This document shows, in pieces, positions 21,301-36,300 of a stretch of DNA of 64,000 bases. Made by a program: the position numbers and the translations under genes. The notes under the pieces were generated by a model, which saw nothing but the letters and a program-made list of their open reading frames with translations, searched no databases and was not told the origin of the DNA. How positions within the stretch are numbered: position 1 is the first letter of the stretch; every line of letters starts with the position of its first letter. Origin of the DNA: Rhizaria sp. SCN 62-66 (lineage: Eukaryota); contig MEDY01000020.1 in the NCBI GenBank assembly GCA_001724265.1, positions 1 through 64,000 on the forward strand, read 5' to 3'.

Positions 21301-24300
21301 GGCTCGGGACGCAGCAGCGTTGCGCGCGCAGTGCGACTGACGAGACGGTCCATCTGGGGCGCGTCAAGGTTCATCAGTGCGTCCACGCCAGCGAGGATCG
21401 ACGCAAACGACGCCGAAGCGCCCCGCATGCCACGATAGCCTGGGACCGAAGCGCCGTCATGAGGAGTGCGAGATTTACGCTTAGTTTCACGAGGAACACG
21501 CTTTTTTTTACGAAGTGCATGATATTCATCGGCAGACATATCAGCAACTGTAGCAGTTGCGCTTTCGTCGTCAGTCATCTTGCGCTGGGCCGCGCTGACC
21601 GGTGCAGTTGAAGCATCCTTCTCCTCAACATCGACCACTTCGTCCAAGTCTGATGCAGAGTCAGATTCAGACTCAGATGCAGATTCTACAATAGCAGGTG
21701 CATCGGTGCCTGTGACCGTTGCCAACAGCACTGCAGCACGCTGCTTCTCATCGAGGTCTTCGAACCAAGAACCCGGTGCAGCTAGGTTGCGCTTGGACTT
21801 GCGCAGCCGGCGCTCGCGCATTGCGCGAGCTCGGAGCACGCTTTGTTTGGGCAATGCACCACGGACACGAGTTGTCATTGACGCCGCAAGCCCGCTACGA
21901 AGCTGCGCCACGGTATCGCGGTACAGGGCGTCGCCGCCGTCGCCGTCGGCACCGTCATCGTCGTCGGCGCGGTCCAGCATCTCAAGCACGGCGTCGCCGT
22001 CACGACCATACAGCGCGGCTGCCGCGGCCTGTGACTCCATCGCGCCGCGCAGCCGCGCGTCCGCCACAGCAGCGCGCACACGCGACACAGGGCACCCGCG
22101 CGCCTGCGCCAGCACGCGGCACACCAGCTCCAGCGCCAGCGCCATTACTTCGGACGGCTGCAGCGGCGCCGAAGATGCAAGCAGCGGCGTCGCAACAGTC
22201 GCGGCAACGCTTGCGGACGACTCGACTGGTGCAGTGGGTGGCAGCGAACGAAGCATAAACTCAAGGTCGTTCGAAATTCCCACGGGGCTTATGTGGCGCG
22301 TAGCAAGCCACGCTGCTGGCGCCGCATACAACCCCGCTGCGTTGGCAGCAGCCAGCGTGGTGGATGCAGGGTGCAGCGGTGGGTACGGCGGCAACGGCGC
22401 AGTGGGATCCAGACTTGCGACCTCAACCATCGTGACAACGCCGTCGTCGAAGTCCTCGTCATCGCGCGCGCCCTTGTCGGACGGCGCCGTGTGCGCGGCG
22501 TGCATCGCGGCCAGCAAATCGCCTACGGTGCGCATGACGCGGCCGCCCACGGTCAGCACGGTCACCGTAGCGCCGCTCCGGCCCGCGCCGGTGACTGTCG
22601 ACAGCGACGCCGAGGCTAAAGCCAGCGCCGACGCGGGGGCAACGATGGGCGCGACACCGCGGCGGCGCAAGGACGGGGGCTGTGCGGGCGTCGCGGTGCA
22701 GTCTGCGTACGGGGTAGGACCCAACGCGAAGGCAGGCACGGCGCGCACCTCGACCTTGCCGCGCACGGGCACGGTGTGCGTGCCCCATGCCACGGATTCC
22801 TCCTCGGCGTCGACGCGCTGCGTGACTCCTGCGCTGCATGGGTCCTCAGTCTGCCGCTCCACCACAGCGCCGGCCGCGGACACCGGCGCGTGCAGCGGCA
22901 TAGGCAGCCCGCACGACAGCAGTGTCGCCGCGGTCGCGCCGGGCGCGAGCGAGGTGCTGGCAGTGATCCCGGCGAGCGGCACGGCAGAGTTACTGTCGAC
23001 CCCTGTGCTGAGACAGCGCGGCGGGGCGAGCACTGCGGTGGTGGCAGTGGCCGCGGGGCCAACGGATGTGAATTCAAACAGCCAGCTTTTATCGTGCTTA
23101 AGCGACGCAGCGTGGATGAACATGCGATCGCGCCCGGCGTTCGGGCCGCTACCACCGTCGGCGCTGCTAAGTCCACCTGCATCAGCGTTATCGTCGTCGC
23201 ATGCGTCAACGCCAGCAGCGGACACAGCAGCCATAGCCGCAGCAGCCGCGGCCGAGGGGATCGATCGGGCGGCGGCAGCGACACCAGTGGCGACGTCGGT
23301 GCGCGGTACAACATAAGCCAACGCGGACATAGCGCGCAACACAGCGGCCGTGTCGTCGGCACCGTCCCAGCCTTCGGGCGCGGTAGAGGCCAGTGCCGCC
23401 GTGATCGTGAGTGGGGGTGGGCGAGCGGGGAGTCCGAACACGCGACGGCGGTCCACGGCAAGCGGCGCGGCGCCTGTGGCCAGAGCGGCGGCAAGCGCGG
23501 GTGGTACGCGCGCCTGGGAGTGGATGAACGCAAGGTGGCGCAGCGGCGGCGCGGTGTAGCCATCGCGGTCGGGCTGCGCGTCGTACAGCGACGGGTTGAC
23601 GGGGTCGACCACCGAGGATGTCAGGTTCGAGCGGAAGCGCACTCGCGGCAGACCCGCCACACGGGGCGCGGCGGTCTCGCGGCGAGAGGGCCGGCGCCGC
23701 TGCCCAGCGTCGAGCAGGTTCGCGTCGAGCGCTTCGTAGTCAGTCTCCGACATCTCAGCATCGCGCTCTTCCTCGGCGATGGCAGATGAGTCGCCGTCAC
23801 TATCATCAGCAGCATCACCGCCACTGGAACTGTCAACAGAAGCGGCGTCGCTATCGTCGTCGTCATTGGCAAATTTAACGGCAGCGCCAGCGCGGGCGCC
23901 ACTCCGCGGACGCTTGACGACAGGACCGCGACTGCGTTTCTGTCGCCGCTGCTTCTTATGTGCGCCTTCCGCTGCACTGGCACGCGCAGCCCTCGCTTTA
24001 GCAATCATGTGCTCGCCGAAGTTGGGCAGCGGCTCTGCGTCGCCGTACGCGCGTGCCGCGGCTGCTTCAGCTTCGCTGGACGCGGGCACTCCCGCGGCGC
24101 GAGCACGGTGGTACTCTGCCAGAAGCGCAGTCTCAGCCGGCCCCTGCCAGAGGCGAGGCCGGGTGGAAGCCGTGCGGGGTGCATGTGCGTGCGCCAGCAA
24201 ATAACGTTCGTCGACGTGCAACATCACGCCGACAGCGGCCTCCTGACGCTGACGCTCCGTCGCTGCGGCCAACGTCGAGCCTGGCGCGGGCGCCGCGGTC

Positions 24301-27300
24301 GCGAACGGGTGCACGGGCAGCGGCAGTCGCGCACGCGCGGAGGCGCCGCTCGAGACCGCGGAAACAGAAGTGACAGCCGTGGGGCGCCCCGTCGGGTCAA
24401 GGCCACGGTACACGCTCTCGTGTGCCGCGCGCGGACGGTGCCGCTCACGGTGTGTGAGTGGGTTCCAGCGGTTCGATGGCAGCGGGCGCGGCAGACCGGG
24501 GATGTCCCAGCTCAGCAGCGCGCGCGAAGGCATGCGTTCGTCCATAATATGCACACAACGCGCTGTCGTGACAGCGAAACGCGATGTGCAGTGTGGATCC
24601 GTAGCCAGCGAGAACAGGCGACGGTCTGACGGTGTCAGAAGCAACGGCAACCGTTGCGACGGCGAATACACCGCACCTCCGCGAAGGTACTTCGATCTGT
24701 TGGAGAATCGTGGAAAATAAAAAATGATAGGGTGTGAGCTTAAATTACGTGAAAACATAACAAATGTGAGAATTAGATTTGGATATGGTGTTTTGCGACG
24801 TACGAATATAGACCGGCGCCGTAACCGCCGTGCAGCCCTGAGGAGTCAGCCTCAGCCGCAGCGATGCCGCCGCCTGCACGCAAGTCAACCTTGAAAAGAG
24901 CCGTCGGCGTAGCCGCCAGCAACGTGCGCGGGTGGGCACCCCAGCGCACCGTAGCCCACGACGGGAACGCCGCACGCAGCACGGGCATGTGTGCGAGTAC
25001 TGCGCACGATGTTGTGTTGTCCACAGTCGCCGCGGCTGGAACAGAGTGAGTGAAGAATGATTGCCGTGCCTTCGCGCGGTCGTCGGCAATCTCCTCTGCG
25101 TTCAGTACAGCTGTCGCAGCACCGGACCCCGCAGTAGCAGCGTCCGCCCACACAGCGGCGCGCACAGCCTCGCGGCGCGCCCAGTCGGGCACCCACCACA
25201 TATCCACAACATCGCGGTCGCGCCAAGCGCCACTCAACACGTCCGCGCCTGCGCTTGCGTCGGGCGCGAACGCACCGGTTTCGGTCGCCGCACGCAGGGC
25301 GCGGCGCGCACGGCGAGCCTGCGCGCGCGCAAGCGTGGAGTCAGAGCAAGGAAGTGCTGACAACGCATCCGGCACGTCGTCGTCATATGTCGCGCGACGC
25401 AATGAGGCCACAGGCGGCGACACCGACCACAGTAACGCGCGGCGCATGCGGCGCTGTGCGCGGGCCGCAGTCTCAACAGCATCCTCGCCGTCGTTTTCTG
25501 ACTCATCGGACTCGAGTGCGTCGTTTTCTTCGTCTGCAGCTGCAGCGGCAGCTGTTGAGCGCGCAGTGGCGCTGTAAGCGGCGGCCGCGTGGTCGACGTC
25601 CCAGGCAAGGATGCGGCCGTCGACCGTAAGCACTGCGGCCTCGCCGGCCCACAACGGGTGGGGCTCCGCGTGCATCACCGCAACGGGCGCCACCAGGCGC
25701 GCGCGGGGGGCCAGAGCCGCGGACACACGCAAGAGCGGCACGGACACTTCACCGGCAGCGGTCGCAGCCGCCGCGGCGTCGCTCGCAGCGAGCGCACGGC
25801 GAAGCATCGCTCGAGCACGCGCCTCTGCGGACCCAGAGCCGCGGGTCGCAGCAGCGTGCCAGGAAAGTGCGGAACGCGCAGTGACCTCGGCCGCGGCGTC
25901 GTCCTCGAGGGCACGGAGGGCCTCTGCAAACTCACCCGCGCTCATGCCGCCCTCGTTGAACACAAGCGTGAGATCGCGCGCAGCCGACGCAAAGTCTGAC
26001 ACAAGCGCGCTCACACCGCCTTCAACATCGCTATCAGTCTCGGCCTGTGCCATAGCGCGGACGCCGCGAGACTGGGCGGGCTCAGCATCAGTGGCGGCAA
26101 CTGTGGCCTCGTAGACAACAATTTCCCTGCGTGAACGCGCTAGAACAAATTCCTTAAGCGCGTGGTCAGACGCCGCAGCAACGCGCGAAACGCCACCGCC
26201 ACGCGGGCAGTACGACGCCGCGTCCGCGGCCGCGCGGCTCTCCCACCCTGACGGACCCGAACCGGGACGACGACAGTATGGGCACGGGCACGCGCTCTCG
26301 CGCTCGTGCGCGGCGGCCGCGGCAGCGTTAGTCGCGTGAATGCCCGCGGTAGCAGACGGTAGCGCCCCGCTGGCAGCCATGCGCACGACCTGGCGTATCT
26401 GGCGACGCAACGGACAGGCCTTTGATGTGGCAAGAGTCACCGCGCCGGGCACTGCGCGCGCGAAAAGGCGACCAGGACCCGATGCAGCCTCCGCTGCCGC
26501 TGTCGCAGCGGCTGCGGCTGTGGTGGCCGGCGTCGTGAGCGTCAGTGCAAGGGTGCGCAGCGCGGGGCCTGTGGGGTGGTACACGAATGCGGCGCAACCA
26601 GAGAGCCAACGTTGCCAAGTCTCGCTGCCCAGCGTACCGGGGCGAGAGAACGACAACGAAGCAGAAGCAGCAGCAGCCGCAGCAGTTGTAGTTGACGCGC
26701 CCGGGGCAGCAGCCGCCATCGTGACGTTTGCATGGTCGGCGGCAGTCGATGTCGACATTGCAAGCAACGACCGTGCAGCAGCTGCTGAGTCTGAATCGGT
26801 CAACTTGACGTCGCGGGGCTCCGCGGCGTCGATAAGACACGCCTTTGCGTACTCGCTCAGAGCCCAGCGGTGCGCAAGCCCCCAAGGGACCTGCGCTGCG
26901 GCGACGACCGACTCAACATACTCAGCGTTGGTCTCGCGCTGAAGTGTGTGAGAGTCAGTGTCCTCAGCCACAAGCGCAGTGAGAGTCTTACGCGGCACCG
27001 CAAGGGCACGCAGACGTGCTGCGGATGAGAAGTGTGGCGCGGTCCCAGTCGGCAGCACAGGCTGTGAGTTCAGCTCGCGCGTCTTAGGCAGCAGTGCTGC
27101 GTTGGCCGCAGGACCCAGGTGGTAGATAGGGCGCAGCTGCGAGTCCATCGTCTGATAAAAATTCTGGGGAGTTTCTTCAGCGAGGTCATCGTCACTGGTG
27201 TCCCTCTCATCCTCGTCATCGAGGTCGGTGTCATCGTCGCTATTGAGCTGTTCGTCATCATTTTCGGGCTCGGAGTCGCCACTGCTGCTCGCAATGTCCT

Positions 27301-30300
27301 TCTCGTCCTCATCCTCAGTCAGACCGCGGTTGCCGTCATCATTCCTCGCCCGCCCCCTCTTCTTGGCATTCTCCGCCGCCCGTGCCGCGCGACGCGCTTC
27401 TGCACGGGCCTCGCTCGCGGCTGCGCGCGCTACGCGTGCGCGCTGACGCGCGGCGCGCGCCTCAGCACGCACCGCGTTGCGGGCAGCACGGGCCTGTCGA
27501 CGCGCAACAGTCTCGGCGTCAACGACGGGAGTCGCACTGGAAGTTGCAGCCTCAGTCGTACCCTCCTCCTCGCGCATGCGTTTGCGCAGACGCGAAGCAG
27601 CTTGTGTTCCTGTAAGAACGTCGCTGTCGTCTCCTGAATCCACGGACTCAAACCCACTGTTGTTCGCATCGCGCCCCATCTCCTCGTTGTCATTCATCGC
27701 GCGCTGCTCCGACGACGGCACCCCGAGCTCAGGGGCGTCACCGTCATCGTGCATGCGCCTCAAACGCGGCGCCGACAAGCCAGCAGGCTTGATGAGGCCA
27801 ATAGAAAGCGCCTGCGTAGTTCCAACCGCAACAAGTTTGGCAATATCTTTGTTCTCACGGCGCATCGTGACCGCGTCAGTCGCAAGCCGGCGCGCAGCCC
27901 CAAACCCTCGCTGGCGGTCAGCGGCCCCGCCGTCAACAACAGTCCCGGCAGCGGCGCCCGCGACGAGTGCGCGGCGGCCGGCAGCGCTGAGGCCGTGCGC
28001 CACGTCGGGCGCGAGCGGCATCTGTACCAAATGAGCGAGTCGGCGCACTGACTGGCTAAGTCCCCCGCGCAGACCTGAGTCAGCGGTGTCGACGTAAGCG
28101 TACGTCACTGAGCGCTGGTCAACCAGATCAGCCACGCGGTGACCCTCAAAGAAACGCTCCGCCAGCGAGGGCAGAGTCACTGCACCGCGGCACGTGGCCA
28201 GGGCCTGCACCAACGCGTCTGCTGCCTCGGGAGACACAACGTCTGCGAAGCGCGTCAACGCGGTATCCAGCGCTGCTGTTGTCAGCAGTGGGGGCGTGCA
28301 CAGCGACGGGTACGGCACTGTCGCAAAGCGCGCCAGCACCGCAGACTCAAGAGCCTCACTGGATGTGCCGTCAGTCATCGCTTGTGGCTTGTTGGGGATC
28401 GGAGCATTGACAGATTCAGACATGAGACTGGCGGTGACCCACGGCGAAATGTGTGCCCACAGCAGGTGGTTGGCACGGAGCAGTGAAGAGGGAGGAGCAC
28501 TCGCATCTACGTATGCAGGAGCCAATGGTAGAGCAGCAGCAACTGCAGGGTCAATCACGCAACCGTCTGGGTCAGGTGTGATTGCAGAAGCGCTGGAATC
28601 GTCGTGCTCTGCTGTGCTGGGTGCGTTTTCCTCATCAGAGGCAGGCATCGGGAAACGGCGGCTGCAGCGGGCGTCGATACGCGCAGCAAAGCGCGCGTGG
28701 GCTTCATTGATCTCTTGAACACCAGACATCACAAGCGGGGGCGGCGGTGCGTCCTTCAAAAGCTGCAACTGTGCGGCAGCATCAAGAGAACCAAACGTAC
28801 GAGGCATTCCACGGTCGATCGGACGCAGCCACAGCGACGTCGCCGGTGCCAGCGGCTGCGGCGGACACAGTGCATCGCTTGGGAGCGCCTTTGTGCGGCA
28901 ACCGCGAATGTTTGCACCAGCGGTGGGAGCAGCAGCAGGACCGCGGAGAAGATCGTCGGCTGTGTGGGAGCGCGGAGCTGCAAATACGGTTTGCTTTGTG
29001 AGCTCAGCGGCGGCTGAGATGAGGTGTGTCCACGCAGGAATCAGTGCGTCAGCGCCAGAAGTCAAGTCGTCAGCGCCCGCTGCAGCGCGTGCAGCGGCGG
29101 CGGCAGCGGCAACGGCAGCGGCGTTGTCGCCAGCAGCCACAGCAGCAGTGGCAGCCTCTGCGGCAGCCCTCGCAGCTGCCGCGTTGCGCGAAGCGGCCTC
29201 GAGCGCGGCCTGTGCAGCGCCCGCAGTGGTCAACCCGCCGGCGGACATCTGGGCCGCAGCGAGAGCAGCCTCCGCAGCGGGTCCGGGAGCAGGCAACCCG
29301 GGCGGCAGACGCGACGTAACGAGCAGGTAAGCCAGTCGCGTGTCGCGCAGAGAGTCGGTGCCGAGTCCGCCGCGCGTCTCCTCTCCAAAGCCGTTGGCGC
29401 CGGCGTCGCCTGCCCAGGCTACCGTGCGGGCAGCGTGCAAGGCCTCGGCCTGCCACAGCCAGCGCTCCGTGGGCAGCGTGAACTGAGCGTAGGAGGCGCC
29501 GAATACAGCAGCAGCGTAGGTACTGGGCTCCGTCACATCAGCGGATACGAACGCTGGTGCTGTAGCGGTTCCATTGGCGTGCGACAGACTGTAGATCGGG
29601 GCGATGAGCGAGCCAAGCAGAGATGTACCAAGCGCGCACGAGCTAATGTCACCACAGTCACCGGCGCAAAGCTTGGGTCCGGGGCAGCGTACACGTGAGC
29701 GAACGAAACGAGCAGTGTGGCTAGAAGTAGCCTCGTCAACACTCGCATGGCAAAATGAGTTGCTGTTTGCCGCCACCGCAGAGCCGGAAGCACCGGCGTC
29801 GGCGCGGACGGCATCTGCAACAAGTGACATCTTGTCCAGCACGCCCGTTACGTCGGCCTCGGCGCGCGCACGCAGCAGCGTCAAAGGCGCAAGCCGACCC
29901 GCACCCGCGCCCGGGTTAGGGAAAAAGTCCCAGGGCCTGAGAAACGCGGTGGGCAGCGCAAGCGTAAAGTCGAGCGCGTGGTCCGCGGCGGCAAGCGTCC
30001 AGTCCGTTGCGCTCAGCAACTGCCTCGGAGCATTCGTGCGTGCTGAGCTAACTGTGGTCATTGTGCCAGACAGATCGTGCTGTTTGAAGCGCGAGCCTTC
30101 GTTGTATGCAGCAGCAGCCGAGGAGGGAGATTTTTGCGCTGCCTCAAACGCAGCAGGAGCAAGCGTAGGGTCCATGTGGTCAGTGAAAGCATCTGGCAGC
30201 ACGCTAGCAGGAATACCGCCAGTGAAGTGAACGCCGCGGCGGTCGGTGGTGCAATCGGCGTACAAGCCACATCCACCAGTCGAGTGCGAGCGTGCACCGA

Positions 30301-33300
30301 TGTAAGAGACGCTGACGAACATTGAATTGCCATGGGAAGCACTCGCGAGCTGCACATCAAGACGCGGTGGCGGCGGGAAAAGCAGCGCTGTAGCGCGCGG
30401 TTGGGACCAGAGCCCAACAGAGTTGGGCTTCATCGCATAGCGGCCTCCGGCGGCGCCGCGGCCGCGTCGCTTCGTGCTTGGGAGACTAAGCGTAAAGCGC
30501 TTCAGCATATCACGTCGGCTCTTACGGAAACGGTCTTGCGTCCCAACTGCATCATACATGTCGTCGTCGTCGTCATCTTCCTCTTCACTGTCACCGCCAA
30601 GAATGACTGCATTGTCCGCTGCAGCAATCTCCGCCTCACTGTCGCTCTCGCCCAATCCCATGGCACCGGCAGCTCGCGCCATGGCTGAGGCGGCCGAGGC
30701 CATCGCACCCAGCAGCGCCGACTGCGCGCGAGCCGAGTTGGGCAGCGCATTGTCCGCCATGGGCGCCGCGGGGACGCCTTCGGCATACCGCGCAGCCGCC
30801 ATCGAAATAGGCCGCGTTGCGGCAAGGTCTGCAAGCAGCGCGCGCGCCAGGGGCGGAACCACCGCTGTCGCAGTTGTGCGGGCGAGGGGCGCAACTGAGC
30901 GAGTGACAGAGCGCGACAGCAGCGCTGCGGCGGCATTCTCCACGTTGCGTGGTGTCACAGAGCTGGGCACTTCAACGAACGCAGAACTGCTGTGAGAGAA
31001 AGCAGTTTGCGTTTGATCTTCGGTCGATAAATCAGGAAGCAGAAGCAACGGAAGCAGTGTGCCCGATGCAATCTTGGCAATCGCGATCGCGACTTTGCCT
31101 GTTTCTTTGCTGCGCGAGCGCGCGCCGGCACGTGCACTTGTATCGTTGCTGTTATCACTTGCATCAGCGTCGTCTGCATCAGAGTCGCTACTGTGCGCCT
31201 CGCCCGCAAGCCGGGCACGCGCACTCTCGAGTTCGTCGCTCTCTTCACTACGCCTCGCAGGTCGCATCAGCTTCGCGACTGCAGAGCGCGCCGTCAATAG
31301 ACTCGCACGGTGCAGCGCGCCACTGGCAGCTGCAGCGCCAACGGTCACTGACCGCGAGTGCTCGCGCTGCAGAGCGTGCGCAGCAGCCTCGACCGCGCGC
31401 TCCAGACGCATGCGGCGCAGGCGCACGAGTCGCAGTTGCTCGAGCACCCACATGGCGGCGTCGCGGGCCGCGCGTGCGCACACCGCAGCCTCGCCGGCCC
31501 AGGGCTTGCGCGCAGCAAGCTCGGCGGCGCGGGCAGCAGCGGCAGCAGTGGCGGCAGCGGCCTCGTCGTCGTTGTATGCGGCAAAATCACCTCCAATGTC
31601 ATCGGCACCGCTTTCACTGTTTTTGTCGTCGTCTTGACTGTCGTAGTCACTGTTGTTGTCGGTGGGCGCGTCACGTCGCGCAGCCGTGCGCGTGTTGAAG
31701 CTGTCCAGTGCGGTCGTGCTCGAGTCCACCGCTCCGGCAGCAACAAGGGGCAGCAAAGCAGCGGCACGCCAAACGGCCTCAACGTGTTGCGCGCGCCGCA
31801 GCCTGTGCACCAGTGGCGCCAGCGCGCCAGTGGTCTGCAGCAACGCAGTCGCCTCAGCTGGCGCACGCTGCCACAGCGACAACGCCGGAGACGGCGCAAG
31901 CAGGGACGTCTGCGTGTCACCCGACCGGGGTAGCTGCAGACGCTGCGCCAGCGCAATCGCGGCTACATCCCTACGGTTGAGATCAAGCAGGCGAGTCGCG
32001 GCGCGCGCGGCCGAGCCCAGCGGCAGCGCGTGTGTGGGCGCCCGGTCGTCAGCCATCATCGCTGACAACACGAAGGGGCGTAACAGCGTGAAGATGCGTG
32101 TACGCGCGCGGTCGTAAGCCTCGAAGTAAACGTACAGCTCAAGGTCAGAGGGTCGCATACCGGTGTATGTCGGGAGCAGCACCGGCGGGCACCGAGGATC
32201 CGGCGTCAACAGCGCTGTTTTCAGTGAAGCGGACAAGTTTTTTGCGCCGATCTCTGCGTTCGAAGTATGTTCCGAAGCCCCAGATCCTGTGGCAGGCGTC
32301 AGCAGCTGAGGCAGGGGGATAAACTTGGCGGTCTCACCGTTGTCATCTGCAGAGCCGTTGAGCGCGAACACTGCGGTGTCGAGCGCGCTCGAATCAGAGC
32401 TCGCACCCACGACCGCAGACGCCACACGCGCATCGCTCTCGTCCGCAGCGATGAACGCGCACGCAGCAGCGTCTGCGACCGCCGCCGCAATCAGGCGTGC
32501 GTCGACGCCCGTCCGCGCGGTGGCCTGGCGCAGATGCAGCTCGAGCGCTGCGGGCGTAAAGGGGTTAGCAAAGCTGCGGGTGGCGGCAGTGTCCACCTCG
32601 ATGCGCGCATCACCGTCAGCGGCTGCTTGCGCACTGCCGGGTGCGCAGCCAACGGGAGTGCCGGACAGCGCAGCCGCACAAGCTGCAGCGGCTGTCATCG
32701 CGGAGACAGGCTGCAGCAGCGCGCGGCGCGCGGCGGCCAGCGCCCAGGGCGTGATGTGACTGAACGCGTCGGCCGTTGCACCGCCCAGCGCGCGACCCAA
32801 CGTGTGTGCATGCGTGGACTGGTTGAACAGCAGGCCTAAGTCATCGCCGCCGTTGTTCGCAGTCGCAACTGTGACAGGGGCATCAGCGTCACATAGTGGT
32901 TCTGTAGCCGTCGTCGTCGCATTCCTTGTTGTGACAGGTGCTGCAGTGGCCAAAGGCGTGCGTTCAACGTTGTTCGAACAGCCAGTGAGAGCGGCATCGC
33001 GTGTATTGACGGATGAACCAGTCGGGTAATCAAAGCGAAATGCCGTGTAGTCGTAACCGCGAGGCAGAAGATTGCGCGCAATGTCCTCCACAGCCGTCGC
33101 GTTGCTTAAGTAGCGCAGACGCCCGTCTCGCGCGCCATACGCGAACGCGACCGCGCCCGCGTAGGCCTCGTTGAGATACACCGCCATCGCGCGAGCGCGA
33201 GGGAAGCCTTCAGGGTCGGAGCAGGGCCGCGACAGCGTGGCCGCGGGCAGCGCGGGCGCGGTGGCGGGCTGCTGCAGTGAAGATAGCGCGCGTCGGAATG

Positions 33301-36300
33301 CCGGTGAGCGCCGCGGCAACAGGCTCCACAGAGGCGCCACTTCGTCATCTGCGTGGTCAGTTTCATCGGCGCCAGCAGATTCTGTGTCACCCGCGGTCGC
33401 TGTGGTGCGGCGCGCGCGCAGACCGCGGTGCCACGGCGCGCTGTACGCCGCGGCGGCCGTTGCGGCGGCGGTGGCAGCAGCCACGAGAGCCTCGGGCGTC
33501 ATATTCGGCGTAGGCAGCTGAACATCAGCGTCCTCGACCTCATCTTGTGTGGGGTTAGTACTCATGTTGGCAGCATCAGGCGCAGGGATCGCAGGCTTTG
33601 AGGCGGTCGTTGGGCCACTTCGGCGCTTGCCAGTGCGCTTGGCAGTCGAGTTCGCAACACCACTGGAGCGTGATGCCTGCGCGCGCGCACGCGGAAGAGC
33701 GCCGACCACGGTCCAAGGCTCAAGTTCTGTGCTTGTGACAAGGTCTATGCCGCTGACAGTCGCAGGAACAGTCGCAATCCGCGGCTGGTGAGCGATCGAC
33801 AGCTGGCAGGAGTGCGTGGACGCCGGAACGCCGAACGAGACTCCTGCCGCAGAGCCAATGGGCGCCACTGCGGCAGCGTCTGCTGCTGCAACCGCCGCGC
33901 CGGTGTTGGCACTCTCGCTCGCAACGAACGTGTTGTTGCCCGCATCCATGGTAAGCGCGGGCGCGTCAGCACCGCCGTCAGAGTGCGCAGCGTGCGTGAG
34001 CGCGGGCGCAGTGTTGGCCGCGGCTGCGTTCGATAAAATTATCGCAAGCGCCTGCGGGTCGCGCAGGAGCGAGAGACGCATCGAGGCATCCGCGGCGCGG
34101 CCGTCCGCCGCGCGGCCCGCGCCGTCGAGCGGGGCGCCGGCGGCGCTGAGCGGGGCATCGAGCGCCGAGCCCCAGGGCAGGAGCGGCGCCGCCAGCCGCA
34201 GCGTGGTGGGTCGCGCGGTGCCGTGCAGCGTCATGGCCGCGGCGCGGCCGCGCACGAACGCGTGCGGGGCGCGCGCGGAGACAAAGCCTGCGTACGCAGT
34301 GGTGATGCGGGACAGCGCCGCGGAGCGCCGCGCGCGGGCGCGGCGGATGGCGGCAGCGGAAGAAGTGCTCGCGCGGAATGTCGGCGGCGTCGATAGCGCT
34401 GTGGAGCTGGATGAGACCGAAAGCGAAGTGTTCGAGGTAGAAGCGAGAGCGGAAGCGGAAGCAGAATCATCACTCTGCATCGCCTCGCCAGGGCAACCAC
34501 CGTCTGCAGTCGTGCTCGCATTTGTGTTGACGTCGCCATCGGCTTCAGCTACTGCATCAGCGTCAGCGTCAGCATCAGCGTCGTGAGTAAGTGCTCCAGA
34601 GTCAGGGGCGTCGTCGATGGGTGCAAAAGCGGCGCGCGCAACGGTGGCGGCGGGCTGCGAGGACGCGCCCCACGGGTGCGGGCGGCGCACAGAGGCGCCG
34701 GAGTCCCACGTCGACAAGAAGTTGACCTGGGCGCGGTACAGAGAGCGCGAAACGGACTGCGGGCGAAAAACGCAAGAGTTCACAGATAAACAAGAATCGT
34801 CATAGGTAGAGTGAGATTGTGGAATGGATTAAAAATATGTCACTTCAGATGTGAATGAGCACGTGACGTACGTTTGGCGAGCCGCCCATGCCCCGGCGGA
34901 CCATGTCGCGGATGCGGCGGCGACGGTCCGACAGCCTGTCGTCGATGTCGCGCGCCTCGTCACACGAGCTGGCGCTGTCGGAGCCAGACGCAGACTCGGA
35001 CGACGTCGATGACCACGATGACGGCGCGGGCGCTGGCGCCGCAAGCTGAGACTGCATTGACTCCGCGGGCTGCGTGGTTGTTGTGGTAGCAGTCGCAGTT
35101 CGCTGATGCGCACGCGCGGCGAGCGGCGCGAACGGATGCGCCGTGGCAGCGGCCGAGTCTGGCGTGATCAGTACGCCATGGCGCCGCAGCGCGCTCTCGT
35201 GGTCGTGCTCGCACTCGCTCTCGCTGCCGATCTCCACGGCGCTCTCGGCGTCCGCGCCAGCGCGGCGTGGCGCTGTCGCAGCAGCAGCAGCGGGGATGCG
35301 AGCGACACTGCCGTCGCGCAGGTGGTCGCGAAGAGCAGCGCGCGCTTCCCTGCGCGTCTTGCGCAGCCGCGCCTGCGTGCGGAAGCGGAAGATCATCTCC
35401 ACGCTCAGCCGCAGACACGCGATCAGTTGCGCGTATTGCGGCGACGACCGCAGCGGCAGCGGCAGCGGCGCCAGCGCCTGTGCCGCGCGCAGCGACCGCG
35501 GGGCCGCGCCAGCGTTCATGCCACGACTGACTCTGGTGTCGTCGTTTGTGTACGTGTCGTCGTCATCGTCGTCGTCGTCGCAGCCGTCGTGTGTGTGGCC
35601 GTCGCGGAGCGCGGCGCGCTGCTCCTGCAGCTGTGTAGACCGCAGCAGCGTGGTCATGCGCAGTGCGTGCTCGGCCTCTGGCAGCAGCGCCGCGGCGCCG
35701 TAGCCGGCCGTGTCCAGCCGCAGCGCAGTCGCCGCGGCCGCCCGGTCCTCCGCAGCCTCGCGCTCGCCCACGGTCGCGCCCTGCGCGGTCTGCGTGCTTA
35801 TCGTGTTCCTGTGAGACGATACGTGGGTGTGCGTCTGCATCGCGGGCTCACGGCCGCAGCGGCGCAGCGCGGCGCGCGTGGCGCGGTTCAGCGCGCGCTG
35901 CGACAGCCCCAGGCGCGCGCCCGCGCCGAGCGAGCGGGCCAGCTCGCGGTACAGCGCGTCCAGCGGACTGCGCCGCCGCACCGCGGCAGCTTCAGGCCCG
36001 GACTCCGCGTCAGTCGCAGCGCCGCTGGTGTCGGCGGCGCGGTCCGAGTACGAGGCGAAGCCAGAGTCGGAATCAGAGTTGGAGGACGTGCGGAGCGCGC
36101 CGTCGCTGGCCCAGTCGCTCGAGTCGCCCGTGCTGCCGCCGCCGCCGCTGCCGCCGCCGTCGCTGTCGTTGTCGCTGTCCTCGGCGGCCTCCGCCAGCGC
36201 CTCAGCCGCGGCCGCAGCGGCCTCGGCGCCCGCGGCGGCAGCATCTGCGGCGACGCCCGGCGGTGCCACGGCCGGTGCGCTACTGTCGTCGCCGCGGGCA